Origin: Synergistales bacterium
GTDB lineage: Bacteria; Synergistota; Synergistia; Synergistales; JAFGMB01
DNA: 64,000 bases
Direction: 5' to 3'
Assembly (NCBI GenBank): GCA_963666205.1
Contig: OY762654.1
Location: 608,001 to 672,000, forward strand
Shown here piece after piece: positions 52,518-62,925 of the stretch (position 1 is its first letter; every line of letters begins with the position of its first letter). Position numbers and translations under genes: made by a program. Under the pieces are notes generated by a model, which made no database searches, had not been told where the DNA came from, and was given only the letters and a program-made list of their open reading frames with translations.

Positions 52518-55500
52518 GATTTACCCGCCTCCCTGGCTTCTTCAAAACGGGGTTCCCGCCGTATTCTTTCCTCTATGATACTGTAAACAACGGGTATAAG
52601 AACAAGAGTTACAACCATGGAAACCACCAGTCCTCCCATTACAGAAACAGCCAGAGGACGCCACATTTCTGCCCCCTGACCCTGGCTTAACGCCATGGGA
52701 AGCATTCCGAAAAAGGTGGTCAGGGTAGTCATAAGAATGGGTCTGAGCCTTCTTTCCCCTGCACTTATAAGGGCATCCCTCAATTTCTGTCCCCTGGCCC
52801 TGAGAAGATTGATGTAATCCACCAGCACTATGGCGTTATTGACCACTATCCCGATTAGCATTATAACGCCAAGCATTCCCTGAAGAGACATGTAAAGCCC
52901 TGTGGCAAGATAAGCCATGACCACACCGGTAAGGGCAAAGGGGATACTGAACATTATCACAAATGGATCAAGGTAGGCCTCGTATTGCCCAGCCATTACC
53001 ATATAGACAAGCAAGATCCCGAGAAGAACAAGATAGCCCATCTGGCGAAAGGCATCTCCCTGTTCCTTTATCTCTCCTCCGAATTCGATCCTGATCCCGG
53101 AGGGAGCTTCCATTCTATCAATGAATTTTTTTGCGTCTCCAGTTACCTGACCAAGGGACCTGCCTTGAACATTACCTTGAACAACTACATAACGCTGTTT
53201 GTTCTTTCTGTCTATCTGGGGTGGCCCAAGAGAATCTTTCACCTTCGCAATGGTGGAAAGGCGAACAAGGGAACCTGTGACTGAAGGGACAGTGATCCTG
53301 TCAAATATTTCAAGATCATTACGCTGATCCTCGCTCAATTGGACCCTTATGGGATAATCATCTTCATTATCCCAGAAGCTCTCACTGGTCTCGAAACCGT
53401 ATAAATAAGTTCTCAGAGTTCCTGCTATGGCAGCTGTGTTAACTCCCATGAGAGCCGCCCTTTCCTTATCTATAGAAATCCACATCTCGGGCCTGCCCTG
53501 TTTCTGGCTTAGAGAAAGATCCACTGCCCCCGGGATCTTTGCAAGACCCTCCCTGACCTTATCCGCCACCTTCATAACCTGCTCCAGATCATCTCCATAG
53601 ACTTCGATATTCAGAGGTTTTGCTCCGAGAAAAAGAGATTTTATGGGCGAGGTTACCTGAACTGTCATCTTTTCGATCCCAGGTATGGCTCTCAACCATT
53701 TCCTTACAAGCTGGGCTACCTCAAAGGCTGATCGTTCACGGTCACCCTTATCCACAAGTTTCATTCCCACTGTTCCTATATTTGGACCGGATTCCTGTCC
53801 TGCTGCGACTGCGAAACCATCATCTCCCGAACCGTCATAACCATATACCGTAATTGCCTCAGGAATGTTATCTTCACTGAAACGTATGACCTTCCTTACA
53901 AGTTCATCTGTGGCTTCTACACGAGTCCCTTCAGGAAGGGTAAAGGTTATTTCCACATCTCCGGTATCCGGATCAGGGGTAAGTTCGGTACCTATAAACT
54001 TGAAACCGGTGAATGTCATCACCAGGAGGAGTATGGACATGGCAATTATTTTCTTCCTGTTGTTCAAAGCCCAGCCCAGGAGATCTGCATAACCTTTCTC
54101 CATCCTGGCAAGGCCCTTATCTGTAATACGATGGAGGAATGCATTGGATACATCCCTGTGGAAAAACCTGCTCGCCATGGTAGGTATGAATGACAGACTG
54201 ACAAAAAGCGAAGCAACCACTGCAAGGACCATAACCACTGTGAGGGATGAGAAAAAGACACCCACCAGTCCGGAAATAAAGGCCAGCGGCAAAAGGACTA
54301 CCGCTGTTGTAAGCGTAGATGCAATAAGCGCTGAACCAACCTCACCCGATCCCAGAACGGCGGCAATATGCTTTCTTTCTCCCTGTTCAATATGATGGAT
54401 TATCTGATCAGTCGCAACAATTGAGTTATCCACCACCATCCCGGAGGCCACCGCAAGGGCAGAGAGAGTAAAGATATTGATCGTATAGTCAAGTTTCCCC
54501 ATGGCAATGAAGGTAATGATCAACGAAAAGGGAATGGAACTGCATACAACAAGAGACGCAGGAAGCCGCTTGAGAAAGAGCCATGTCACAAGGAATACAA
54601 GCAGTATCCCTGCCAGGAGGGAATGGGTAAGATTACGAAGGGCCATTATTATGAAATCCGCAGTATCCATGGCAATATGATATTCCACACCACTGGGAAA
54701 AACGGTTGCCTCCATCTCCTTCAGTTTTTCGTGAATAGCCCTGGATACCTCTATTGTGTTTGCATCGCTGTTCTTCAATACAGCCATAAACAGAGCGGGC
54801 TGATCAAAGTGCCAAGAGTAGAGTTTCTGTTCCCTGTAGGTATCCCTGATATCAGCTACCTGAGACAGGTAAACAGCTTTACCATTGTTGGTGCCAATTA
54901 CCAGATCTCCTATTTCCTCTACACTTGAGAAACGCCCCGGGACCCTCACATAATATTCGGTACTTCCCTGTTTCATGGAACCGGCAGGAATATTTACATT
55001 AGATCTCTCAAGGGCCCCGGTAACAGCTTGTGGTGGGAGATGAAGAGCTTCCAGCTTTTCCAGGTCAAGCTCGACCCTTATCTCCCTGTTCATACCTCCA
55101 TATACCAGCACTTTGCCCACTCCAGGGATCCTGGAGAGTTCTTCAATAACCACATCATCTGCAAAGTGGGCCAATCCCTGAAATCCTTTTTTGGTAGTAA
55201 GGGACATACCTATAACCGGAATGGCCCCTGATGTTATCTGCAATAGAACAGGTTCATCGATATCATCGGGCATTTCGGCCTTTGCCATGGGGATTATATC
55301 CCGCACATCACCCGCCTTTACATCAAGATCTGTTCCCCATTTGAACTTAACTGTTACTACTGAAATGTTATCCAGTGATTTGGAATATATATCGTCTACT
55401 CCCTCTATTAAAGAAACATAATCCTCCATAGTCTTGGTCACCCGCTGTTCCACATCGCTTGCAGAAGCTCCGGGCCAGGGAACAATAATATTGATCATAG

Positions 55501-55627
55501 GAGGCTCAATGTCGGGCAGCATATCCATTTTAAGGTGCATAAGGGAGATACTTCCTACCAGGATTATGGCCAGAAAGAACATGAGAGCTGCCACATGACG
55601 CCTGACGGATATTTCGGGCAGTTTCAC
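52514..55627 (-). CDS. RND efflux permease (AcrB/AcrD/AcrF family)
   Basis: 1037 aa; PGASASDVE, GMVVDNSIV, GIVVNNAIVLVD, RLRPILMT. Confidence 0.95.
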   Translation of the reverse strand: MKLPEISVRRHVAALMFFLAIILVGSISLMHLKMDMLPDIEPPMINIIVPWPGASASDVEQRVTKTMEDYVSLIEGVDDIYSKSLDNISVVTVKFKWGTDLDVKAGDVRDIIPMAKAEMPDDIDEPVLLQITSGAIPVIGMSLTTKKGFQGLAHFADDVVIEELSRIPGVGKVLVYGGMNREIRVELDLEKLEALHLPPQAVTGALERSNVNIPAGSMKQGSTEYYVRVPGRFSSVEEIGDLVIGTNNGKAVYLSQVADIRDTYREQKLYSWHFDQPALFMAVLKNSDANTIEVSRAIHEKLKEMEATVFPSGVEYHIAMDTADFIIMALRNLTHSLLAGILLVFLVTWLFLKRLPASLVVCSSIPFSLIITFIAMGKLDYTINIFTLSALAVASGMVVDNSIVATDQIIHHIEQGERKHIAAVLGSGEVGSALIASTLTTAVVLLPLAFISGLVGVFFSSLTVVMVLAVVASLFVSLSFIPTMASRFFHRDVSNAFLHRITDKGLARMEKGYADLLGWALNNRKKIIAMSILLLVMTFTGFKFIGTELTPDPDTGDVEITFTLPEGTRVEATDELVRKVIRFSEDNIPEAITVYGYDGSGDDGFAVAAGQESGPNIGTVGMKLVDKGDRERSAFEVAQLVRKWLRAIPGIEKMTVQVTSPIKSLFLGAKPLNIEVYGDDLEQVMKVADKVREGLAKIPGAVDLSLSQKQGRPEMWISIDKERAALMGVNTAAIAGTLRTYLYGFETSESFWDNEDDYPIRVQLSEDQRNDLEIFDRITVPSVTGSLVRLSTIAKVKDSLGPPQIDRKNKQRYVVVQGNVQGRSLGQVTGDAKKFIDRMEAPSGIRIEFGGEIKEQGDAFRQMGYLVLLGILLVYMVMAGQYEAYLDPFVIMFSIPFALTGVVMAYLATGLYMSLQGMLGVIMLIGIVVNNAIVLVDYINLLRARGQKLRDALISAGERRLRPILMTTLTTFFGMLPMALSQGQGAEMWRPLAVSVMGGLVVSMVVTLVLIPVVYSIIEERIRREPRFEEAREAGKS

Positions 55628-56715
55628 TCCCCGATCACCTCTACTTTCAGACCATCCCTCAGTTTCTCTGTAATGGTCGAGATCACCTTTTCATCAGGAG
55701 ATAGTCCCTGGGGAATCTCCACCATATTTTTATCCTCGGTTCCAATTCTGACCACCCTACGTGAAACCTGATCTCCAGAGACAACAAAGAATTGGAATTC
55801 ACCGGTTCCAGGAAGAGGTCTAACCACATCTTTTGGAATAGCCAGACCTTCATTAGACCCGGTTTCAATTGAAACCCTCGCAAAGGCACCAGGTTTAAGG
55901 ATTCCTTCTGAATTTAGCATCACTTCTACCTGCCCTGTCCTTGTAACAGGATCCAATGTAGGAGAAAGGCGTCTAACCTTTGCCTCAAAAAGCCTCCCAG
56001 GAAGAGCATCAACGGTTATAGACACAGGCTGCCCCTTATTGATCCTGAAAAATGCAGACTCGGGAACTGAACCTGTAACCTTGACCTCGTCCTGCTGATT
56101 TATTATGAATGAAGGGATCTGGGCTGAAGACGTATCTCCAGGATCAATATTTCTTTTACTTATGATCCCTGAAACAGGAGAATTGATCCGGTGATAACCA
56201 AGCATTAACTCCATCTGTTCAAGAGAAGCTTCGGCCTCCCTGACCTGACTAAGTGAGGCACAGTACTCCGCATCCACATGGTCAAAGTACTGCTGGCTTA
56301 TGACCTGTTCTTTCAAAAGGTTCTTCATCCGCTTGTGATCACTCTTGAGGGTTTCACACTGAACTCTGGCCTTGGAGAGGAGAGCTTTCACCCTCTCCAT
56401 ATCCTGCCTTACCAGACTATCGTCCACTACTGCAAGTACATCACCCGCGTTAACAGGATCTCCCTCTTCCACGTTTACCCTGAGGACTGTTTTTCCAGGA
56501 ACTTTGCACACCACCGCGGCCATGTTCTCCGGTCTTATTTCCGCTGTAAAGGAGACCGTTTCAATGAATCGATAGTTACAGGGTCTTACTACTTTCACTT
56601 TCGGAATTTCCACTTTCACTGTCTGTTTCTGCTGAATACCATGCTGATACCCTCGAAAAACAAGCAATGCTGCAAATGCTGCAACAATACTGAAAATGAA
56701 GAGGATCTTCTTCAA
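55624..56715 (-). CDS. RND efflux periplasmic adaptor (MFP)
   Basis: VEEGDPV..GDVLA, INSPVSGII, LKPGAFARV. Confidence 0.92.
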   Translation of the reverse strand: MKKILFIFSIVAAFAALLVFRGYQHGIQQKQTVKVEIPKVKVVRPCNYRFIETVSFTAEIRPENMAAVVCKVPGKTVLRVNVEEGDPVNAGDVLAVVDDSLVRQDMERVKALLSKARVQCETLKSDHKRMKNLLKEQVISQQYFDHVDAEYCASLSQVREAEASLEQMELMLGYHRINSPVSGIISKRNIDPGDTSSAQIPSFIINQQDEVKVTGSVPESAFFRINKGQPVSITVDALPGRLFEAKVRRLSPTLDPVTRTGQVEVMLNSEGILKPGAFARVSIETGSNEGLAIPKDVVRPLPGTGEFQFFVVSGDQVSRRVVRIGTEDKNMVEIPQGLSPDEKVISTITEKLRDGLKVEVIGE

Positions 56716-56727
56716 ACTCTCTTCCCC

Positions 56728-58110
56728 CTATTCTTCGACAAAGTAAGAATGCAGACCCAAAGCAAAGAGCAGATCAGCCCTGGATTGAAAGACATCGTAA
56801 ACGGAATCCACCAGCTGGTTGCGGGCGTTTATGAGGGCGACCCTGGAGTCGAGTACATCCAGGTTGGTTCCCACCTGGGACCTGTAACGGCGGAGGGCCA
56901 TGCGGTAATCCTCTTCTGCGCTCTTCACCTGATCCTTTGCTACGGATACCCGCTGACCCGACGACCGGAGATTAAGAAGGGCCGTTGAAAGCTCCAGGCC
57001 TATCTGCTTTTTCAGGTCCTCTAACCGGTAGAGAAGTTCATCCGCTGCAGCCTTCGCCTCCGCTGACCTGGCCCGGCTCTGTCCTCCGTCATATAACTTC
57101 CAGCTGGCTGCTATGGAAACCTTCCAGTCATCCTGAAGTTCCGGGAAGAACTCATCATCCACCACGTAAGTCTCTCCCCTGAGCACCACCTGTGGACCGC
57201 CCTGTCCTGCGGCTGCCTTCGACAGGGCCAGGGCTGAGAGGCGGGACCTATCGAGGGCCTTAAGTTCAGGCCGGTTATCAAAGGCCGTTTCCTGAAGGTT
57301 CTGTGGTATTTCGAAACTGCCTGGGGATGTTTCTCCTTCGGGCAGTACATACCGATTCCTCAGATCCACTCCCACTGACCTCTCCAGGGCCGACCATGCC
57401 ACATCCACGCTGTTGGCCCCTTTGATACGGTTGAGCTCGGAGTTGGAAACCTCCACCTGGACCCTCAGCACCTCGTTCTTTGCCACCACTCCATTTTCGA
57501 AGAAGAGGGTAACTTCCCTGAGATGTTCCTTTGCAAGGTTAAGGGCCTCCTCTGCAACTGACAGGCGGGCCCTCGCCCGCTGGAGGTTGTAGTAGGAAGT
57601 GTAAACATTGTTATCAACTGCCTGGTATGTCCTCCTCACCCTGGCTTTGACAGCTTCCAGCTCCAGGTCCTTTTCCTGGACGCTGTGTTTTACTGCCCCG
57701 CCTGTATAGAGGAGGTAGGTGAAGTTGAGGGCGGCCCTGTAGGTATCTTCAAAACCGTTGACAGCATTGCCCAGGTAGGAACCGTCTGTTCCATAGACCG
57801 GAAGTAAAGGTTCCTCTCCGCTCTTCTGGTATATAAGTTCCGTACCCAGGGAGGGATAGAGGGAAGACTTTGCCTGGTTCAGCTGTTCCTCCGACTGTTT
57901 CACCTGCTGCCGTGCTGCGGACAGTAACGGGTTGTTCTGTGAGGCCAGCTCAAGGGCTGTTTCAATGGTCAGAAGGGATAACCCTTCTGATGACCAGGCC
58001 TGACGGCCAATAAAAAGGACCACAAAACAGCAGAGGAACAGGAAATAATGCCCTTTACTGGTACGCAGACAAAATGAATATATATTTGCCTTGCTTTTCT
58101 GCCCTTTCAT
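56728..58110 (-). CDS. TolC-family outer membrane efflux protein
   Basis: ALELASQNNP, LYPSL, NRPEL, GTNLDVLDSR repeat halves. Confidence 0.9.
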   Translation of the reverse strand: MKGQKSKANIYSFCLRTSKGHYFLFLCCFVVLFIGRQAWSSEGLSLLTIETALELASQNNPLLSAARQQVKQSEEQLNQAKSSLYPSLGTELIYQKSGEEPLLPVYGTDGSYLGNAVNGFEDTYRAALNFTYLLYTGGAVKHSVQEKDLELEAVKARVRRTYQAVDNNVYTSYYNLQRARARLSVAEEALNLAKEHLREVTLFFENGVVAKNEVLRVQVEVSNSELNRIKGANSVDVAWSALERSVGVDLRNRYVLPEGETSPGSFEIPQNLQETAFDNRPELKALDRSRLSALALSKAAAGQGGPQVVLRGETYVVDDEFFPELQDDWKVSIAASWKLYDGGQSRARSAEAKAAADELLYRLEDLKKQIGLELSTALLNLRSSGQRVSVAKDQVKSAEEDYRMALRRYRSQVGTNLDVLDSRVALINARNQLVDSVYDVFQSRADLLFALGLHSYFVEE

Positions 58111-58715
58111 TTTTGTTCTCCTTCTGTTAACAGTTTATTGACAAGAAATCTCCAGAATTTTTTAACAAGTGCTGGATTTCTTTTGAATTGAAGATCCAGT
58201 AATAGGCCGTTGAATACGGCTTCAAGGAGAAGGATGAGTTCCTTTAGATCCAACTCTTCCCTGGATCTGCTGATATCCGGAGCAAATTCAGTTATCTTTG
58301 CGATAAGTTCATTTATTGTTGAATCCAGAATATCTATAGCGATATCGGCAACTTCAGTATTCCCTCTCTGGGCTTCAACACTGATATGAAGCCATAACAG
58401 GGTATTTTCCCTGCTTGACAGGTGAAAATCGATGAGTCTTTCCCCTCTTTCAAGAAAGAACTGTTTCAGGTCTTTGTCCTGCAGATCCTCTTTTCGGGGA
58501 AACACGATCTTTTTTACATTAGCGGCTTCATTCTCCAGAACTGCCTTGAAGAGATCCCGCTTGCTTTTGAAATGCCAGTAAATAGCTCCCTTGCTAAGTC
58601 CGGTTTTTTTTGTAATGGAGTCCATACTTGTCGCATAATAGCCACGAGCAGCAAATTCTGAACGGGCAATATTCAGGATATGCAGTTTTGTGTTCCCTTC
58701 TTTATTTTTGTCCAT
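58107..58715 (-). CDS. TetR/AcrR-family transcriptional regulator
   Basis: ILNIARSEFAARGY..TSMDSI...GLSKGAIYWHFKSK. Confidence 0.93.
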   Translation of the reverse strand: MDKNKEGNTKLHILNIARSEFAARGYYATSMDSITKKTGLSKGAIYWHFKSKRDLFKAVLENEAANVKKIVFPRKEDLQDKDLKQFFLERGERLIDFHLSSRENTLLWLHISVEAQRGNTEVADIAIDILDSTINELIAKITEFAPDISRSREELDLKELILLLEAVFNGLLLDLQFKRNPALVKKFWRFLVNKLLTEGEQK

Positions 58716-58728
58716 TGCTCCACCTCCC

Positions 58729-58800
58729 GACCGGTCAGTCTATAGTTATCTTAAATTAATACCGACTGACCGGTCTGTCAAGGTCAGTCGGTATTAATTT
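58729..58800. promoter_or_regulatory. Probable TetR operator array
   Basis: GACCGGTCAGTC (58729) / GACTGACCGGTC (58764) and a 19-bp inverted repeat AAATTAATACCGACTGACC...GGTCAGTCGGTATTAATTT directly upstream of tetR. Confidence 0.7.
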
Positions 58801-58848
58801 GCAAAAAAAAGCTGCCCTGTGATGGGCAGCAAGGAATCAGATATCGAG

Positions 58849-60198
58849 CTAAAGTACCAGAACATATCTGGCAATTTCAAAATAGACTATAAGTCCGAAG
58901 ACGTCCACAATGGTAGTTATAAAAGGACCGGACATTATAGCCGGATCTATCTTAAGCATTCGAGCAATGACCGGAAGAAATGCTCCTGCCAGATTCCCCA
59001 GAAGAACAACCGCAATTATTGCGAGGGCTACAGTAATAGCCACCCCGCTTCCGGTACCCAGCATATAAGCCCTTCCCAGACCAAGGACAGCCAAGGCGCA
59101 TCCAAGCATTAGACCTGTAATGGTCTCCCTTGCTATAACCTTCCAGATATCCTTCCATTCTATCTCGCCAAGGGTCATTCCTCGAATAACAAGCGTTGCT
59201 GCCTGGGTTCCTGCATTTCCACCTGTGCCTATTAGAAGGGGGATAAAAAATGTTAGCGAGACGACACTCTGGAGAGCGAATGAATACTTTTTTAATACTG
59301 TTGAAGTAATAGTTTCTGTCAGGATACATATAAGAAGCCACATAAACCTTTTCCTGGCTATGGTGAACATATTTGCATCCATATAACTTTCTTCTACAGG
59401 CTGAATACCAGCCATTCTCTCAAAGTCCTCAGTGGCCTCTTCTTCCAGAATATCAAGAACATCATCAAAAGTAACTATTCCAACAAGTCTTTCCTCCCTG
59501 TCAACAACGGGAATAGCCTGCATATCATACCTTGACATCACTTGAGCAACTTCTTCCTGGTCTGTCTGGGTATGAACGTAGATCGGTTCATCCATTAGAG
59601 ATGAAAGAGATGTATGTGGTTCTGCCATTATCAGATCTTCAAGTTCAACTACCCCCTTGAGATGTCTCTTGGATTCCAGGACAAAACAGGTGTATATGGT
59701 TTCCTTGCTTCTGGCATTTTTCCGGATCCTATCTATGGCTTCCTCTGCGGTCATAGCTTCTTTCAGATCAATATACTCAGGTGTCATTATTCTTCCTGCT
59801 GAATCATCAGGATAGTTCAGGAGGGTATTAGCTACCTTCCTTTCATCTGGAGAAAGTTGAAGTAAGAGTTTTTTTACAGTCTTGGCAGGAAGTTCATCAA
59901 AGAGGGCTGTGCGGTCATCATCAGACATTTCTTCGATTATCTCCCGCATTTCTTCGTCTGTCGAATGATGAAGAAGTTCTTCCCTTTCTGGACCTTCCAT
60001 CATTTCGAAAACATCTATGGCAAGATCCTTTGGAAGAAGCCTGAAAAGAAGGACCCTGGTTACAGGCTGAAATTCATATAACATTTCAGCAATGTCAGCG
60101 GGTTCAACTGGAGAAAGGATTTCCTTGACCTTCCTGTAATCCTTCTTTTTCAGCAGGTCACTTATATCATGTAAAAGTTTCTCGAAATTATAAATCAT
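58849..60198 (-). CDS. mgtE: Magnesium transporter MgtE
   Basis: SAGRIMTPEY, CBS pair, GTGGNAGTQ, DPAIMSGPFITTIVD; start MIYNFEK behind GAAGGGAG. Confidence 0.95.
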   Translation of the reverse strand: MIYNFEKLLHDISDLLKKKDYRKVKEILSPVEPADIAEMLYEFQPVTRVLLFRLLPKDLAIDVFEMMEGPEREELLHHSTDEEMREIIEEMSDDDRTALFDELPAKTVKKLLLQLSPDERKVANTLLNYPDDSAGRIMTPEYIDLKEAMTAEEAIDRIRKNARSKETIYTCFVLESKRHLKGVVELEDLIMAEPHTSLSSLMDEPIYVHTQTDQEEVAQVMSRYDMQAIPVVDREERLVGIVTFDDVLDILEEEATEDFERMAGIQPVEESYMDANMFTIARKRFMWLLICILTETITSTVLKKYSFALQSVVSLTFFIPLLIGTGGNAGTQAATLVIRGMTLGEIEWKDIWKVIARETITGLMLGCALAVLGLGRAYMLGTGSGVAITVALAIIAVVLLGNLAGAFLPVIARMLKIDPAIMSGPFITTIVDVFGLIVYFEIARYVLVL

Positions 60199-60579
60199 TG
60201 GGGCATCTCTCCCTTCTTTATGGGAATACCACAAATCTGCACAAGGATAAATCCTCTGGAAATGAATATCCGTGAACAAAGTTGTAAAAAAGTACAATTT
60301 GATAGATCAAGGGGAGTGGCTTTCTGGGAATGACGCCACACCCGGCAGACGCCGGGCATGGGAATGAATAAAAGGATTAAGGGAACATGCCTGGAGCCTG
60401 GATTTACATTTCAGATTCGTAACTGCTACACAAAGGAACCGAGCCGCTTTCCATTTACATCTCCTTCTCGTTTTATGAAATATGAAAGAACAATATATTA
60501 AAAAATAACACACAGGGCGCCCTCTGTCGAGGTACGCCCTGTGATATAGAACAAACCAGATTTCAGGAAAGTGCTTCTG

Positions 60580-60975
60580 TTAACGCTTGGAGTACTGGTA
60601 GCGCCCGCGGGCACCCTTGAGACCGAATTTCTTTCTTTCGACCATACGGGGATCTCTCGTAAGCATTCCAGCCTTTTTAAGTACAGGGCGAAGCTCTGGA
60701 TTCAGCTTTAAAAGTGCACGAGCTATACCAAGACGAACTGCACCAGACTGACCGGTAAGTCCGCCTCCGCTGGTCCTGACAAAGACATCTACCTTACCTT
60801 CAATGCCAGCGACCTTCAGTGGTTCAAGCGCATGGGATTGCCAGGAAGACCTTGGGAAATAATCCTCAACTACTCTTTCATTGACAAGAATTTTTCCATC
60901 CCCGGGACGTACCCGTACCCGAGCAAGGGCATTCTTTCTTCTTCCCGTTCCCCAATAATACGAAGGAGTCTGCAT
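60580..60975 (-). CDS. rpsI: 30S ribosomal protein S9
   Basis: GTGRRK, GGGLTGQ, ERKKFG, QYSKR. Confidence 0.98.
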   Translation of the reverse strand: MQTPSYYWGTGRRKNALARVRVRPGDGKILVNERVVEDYFPRSSWQSHALEPLKVAGIEGKVDVFVRTSGGGLTGQSGAVRLGIARALLKLNPELRPVLKKAGMLTRDPRMVERKKFGLKGARGRYQYSKR

Positions 60976-60996
60976 GTCTTTTAACCTCCCCTCAGC

Positions 60997-61425
60997 CTAA
61001 AAGTTAAACTCTACGGGCTTCTGAGCCGCGTGAGGATGGTTCGGACCTGCATAAACCTTGAGCTTAAGATGCATTTTCAGACGGTTTCTGGGAAGCATTC
61101 CCTTAACCACATGCTCAACAAGTTTTTCAGGCTTTTTCTCCATAAGGGTTCCGTAGGTTACAGTTTTAAGTCCACCAGGATGTCCACTGAAGTGGTGAAC
61201 CACAGACTGTTCTTTTTTTCTTCCAGTAAGCTTCACCTTTTCAGCATTGACCACTATAACGAAATCTCCACAATCAACATGAGGAGTATATACCGGCTTA
61301 TGTTTGCCCATCAGGACCCTTGCGATCTGAACAGCAAGTCTCCCAAGAGGTTTATCTGTAGCATCCACGACATACCAGCTGCGCTCAACTGTTTCGCGTC
61401 TGGCCATGAATGTTTTGTCACTCAT
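60997..61425 (-). CDS. rplM: 50S ribosomal protein L13
   Basis: [31 protein letters not shown]. Confidence 0.98.
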   Translation of the reverse strand: MSDKTFMARRETVERSWYVVDATDKPLGRLAVQIARVLMGKHKPVYTPHVDCGDFVIVVNAEKVKLTGRKKEQSVVHHFSGHPGGLKTVTYGTLMEKKPEKLVEHVVKGMLPRNRLKMHLKLKVYAGPNHPHAAQKPVEFNF

Positions 61426-61598
61426 GGATTTTCACTCCTTTTAAAAAGATTATCCCTGTTACTCTGTTTATTTAAACAACCCTGGACACTCTCGCTCTTT
61501 TACAGCCTCTAACCAAAGGTATCACAAGGACGTGGCTGGGGTCCTCATAAATACATGGCCGATAAGAACAAGATCATACAAGGAATATATGCCGTAAA

Positions 61599-62642
61599 CT
61601 ATTTCAATCTTTTCAGCTTGGGATTCTCAATGATTCCTGGTAATCTACCCCGTTTAGCTATGGGAATTCCATCTACCTCTTTAATATCCATGGTCATATC
61701 CCTGGGAGTAGCATGAGCGATATAACTACCAACACCAAAAGAATCAACACCTGCTTTGGACAGGATCCTAATCCTATCTGGATCAAGACCACCCGAAGCA
61801 ATTATTTTTACCTTATCATAACCCTTCTTGTCAAGTCTCCACCTTACCTCCCTGACAAGTTCAGGGGTTACTCCACCTCTTTCACCAGGGGTGTCAAGGC
61901 GAACACCCTGGAGACGATCTCCAAGAAGGTCTGCAACCCGGACAGACTCTTCTGTTTCATCCTTGAAAGTATCCACAAGTATTATTCTTGCTTCATCTTC
62001 AGGAAGAAAGGCATCATAGGTCCTGGCTAATTCAACAGTATCTCCTACAACAAGTATTGCCGCATGAGGTATGGTTCCCTTGGGCTCCAATCCTGCCATT
62101 TTGGCTCCCAGAACACAGCTGGCGGCAGAACAACCTCCTATTGCAACTGCAGCTCTTTCCATAACTGGAGCAACTGCAGGATGGACATGACGGGCACCGA
62201 AACACAGAACAGGTTTGCCCTCCGCTGCTTCTACACATTCTCTGGCAGCAGTAGCCCATCCGGTAGAGCTTGCTAGCATTCCCAGAATGACCGTTTCATA
62301 CATTCCGAAATCTTCATAAGAACCTGTTATTCTAAGAACTACGTCCTTGGGCGCGAAGGAATCTCCCTCGTCAAGATGATCTATGACAAGGTCTTTTCCT
62401 TCAAGGAGGCGTAAAACCTCAGGGAGACCAGCAAAGATACCCTGGTTCCTTGTGAAGAATTCTGCTACAACTGGTGTATCCAGTTTTTTACACTGGCGAA
62501 GGACATCCCTTGTTTTTACGAAGTAGACATCAGTGGTCATTCCACTAAATATCTCTTCGTGGGTCGCGCTGAAAAATCGATCTTTCTCTACAGCGGTTGA
62601 ATAGATGTCCTGAAGTGAATCAAGCCTTTTCCCATCCATCAA
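61599..62642 (-). CDS. Nicotinate phosphoribosyltransferase
   Basis: TDVYF, FGARH, GTIPH, LVDTF, GVRLDT, ASGGL, FGVGS, KRG. Confidence 0.85.
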   Translation of the reverse strand: MMDGKRLDSLQDIYSTAVEKDRFFSATHEEIFSGMTTDVYFVKTRDVLRQCKKLDTPVVAEFFTRNQGIFAGLPEVLRLLEGKDLVIDHLDEGDSFAPKDVVLRITGSYEDFGMYETVILGMLASSTGWATAARECVEAAEGKPVLCFGARHVHPAVAPVMERAAVAIGGCSAASCVLGAKMAGLEPKGTIPHAAILVVGDTVELARTYDAFLPEDEARIILVDTFKDETEESVRVADLLGDRLQGVRLDTPGERGGVTPELVREVRWRLDKKGYDKVKIIASGGLDPDRIRILSKAGVDSFGVGSYIAHATPRDMTMDIKEVDGIPIAKRGRLPGIIENPKLKRLK

Positions 62643-62653
62643 GTATTACGTCC

Positions 62654-62884
62654 CTAGCCGGAGATCATTACCAATACGATCGATGTTACCATGAAAAGAG
62701 CAGAAAGGACTACCGTAGTCTTGGTAAGACCCGTGAAACGCTGCCACTGACTCCCACCCATATCTGCCTGAGTGCCTCCTCCAAAAATTCCGGAGAATCC
62801 TCCCTGTTTTCTGTGCTGTAACATTACAACAGATATAAGAGCAACACAAAGAATAATGTGCGCTATCCCTAAAACCATTTTCAT
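62654..62884 (-). CDS. secG: Preprotein translocase SecG
   Basis: VMLQ..KQGGFSGIFGGG, two TM segments, LTKTT. Confidence 0.9.
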   Translation of the reverse strand: MKMVLGIAHIILCVALISVVMLQHRKQGGFSGIFGGGTQADMGGSQWQRFTGLTKTTVVLSALFMVTSIVLVMISG

Positions 62885-62925
62885 TCCTGCACCTCCTAAA
62901 AAAATAACCATACGAGAACAGCTTG

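Noticed and set aside
60200-60480. Canonical M-box (ykoK) riboswitch upstream of mgtE
   Set aside because: Expected from context, but the conserved M-box sequence blocks were not recognisable; kept only as an unassigned structure.
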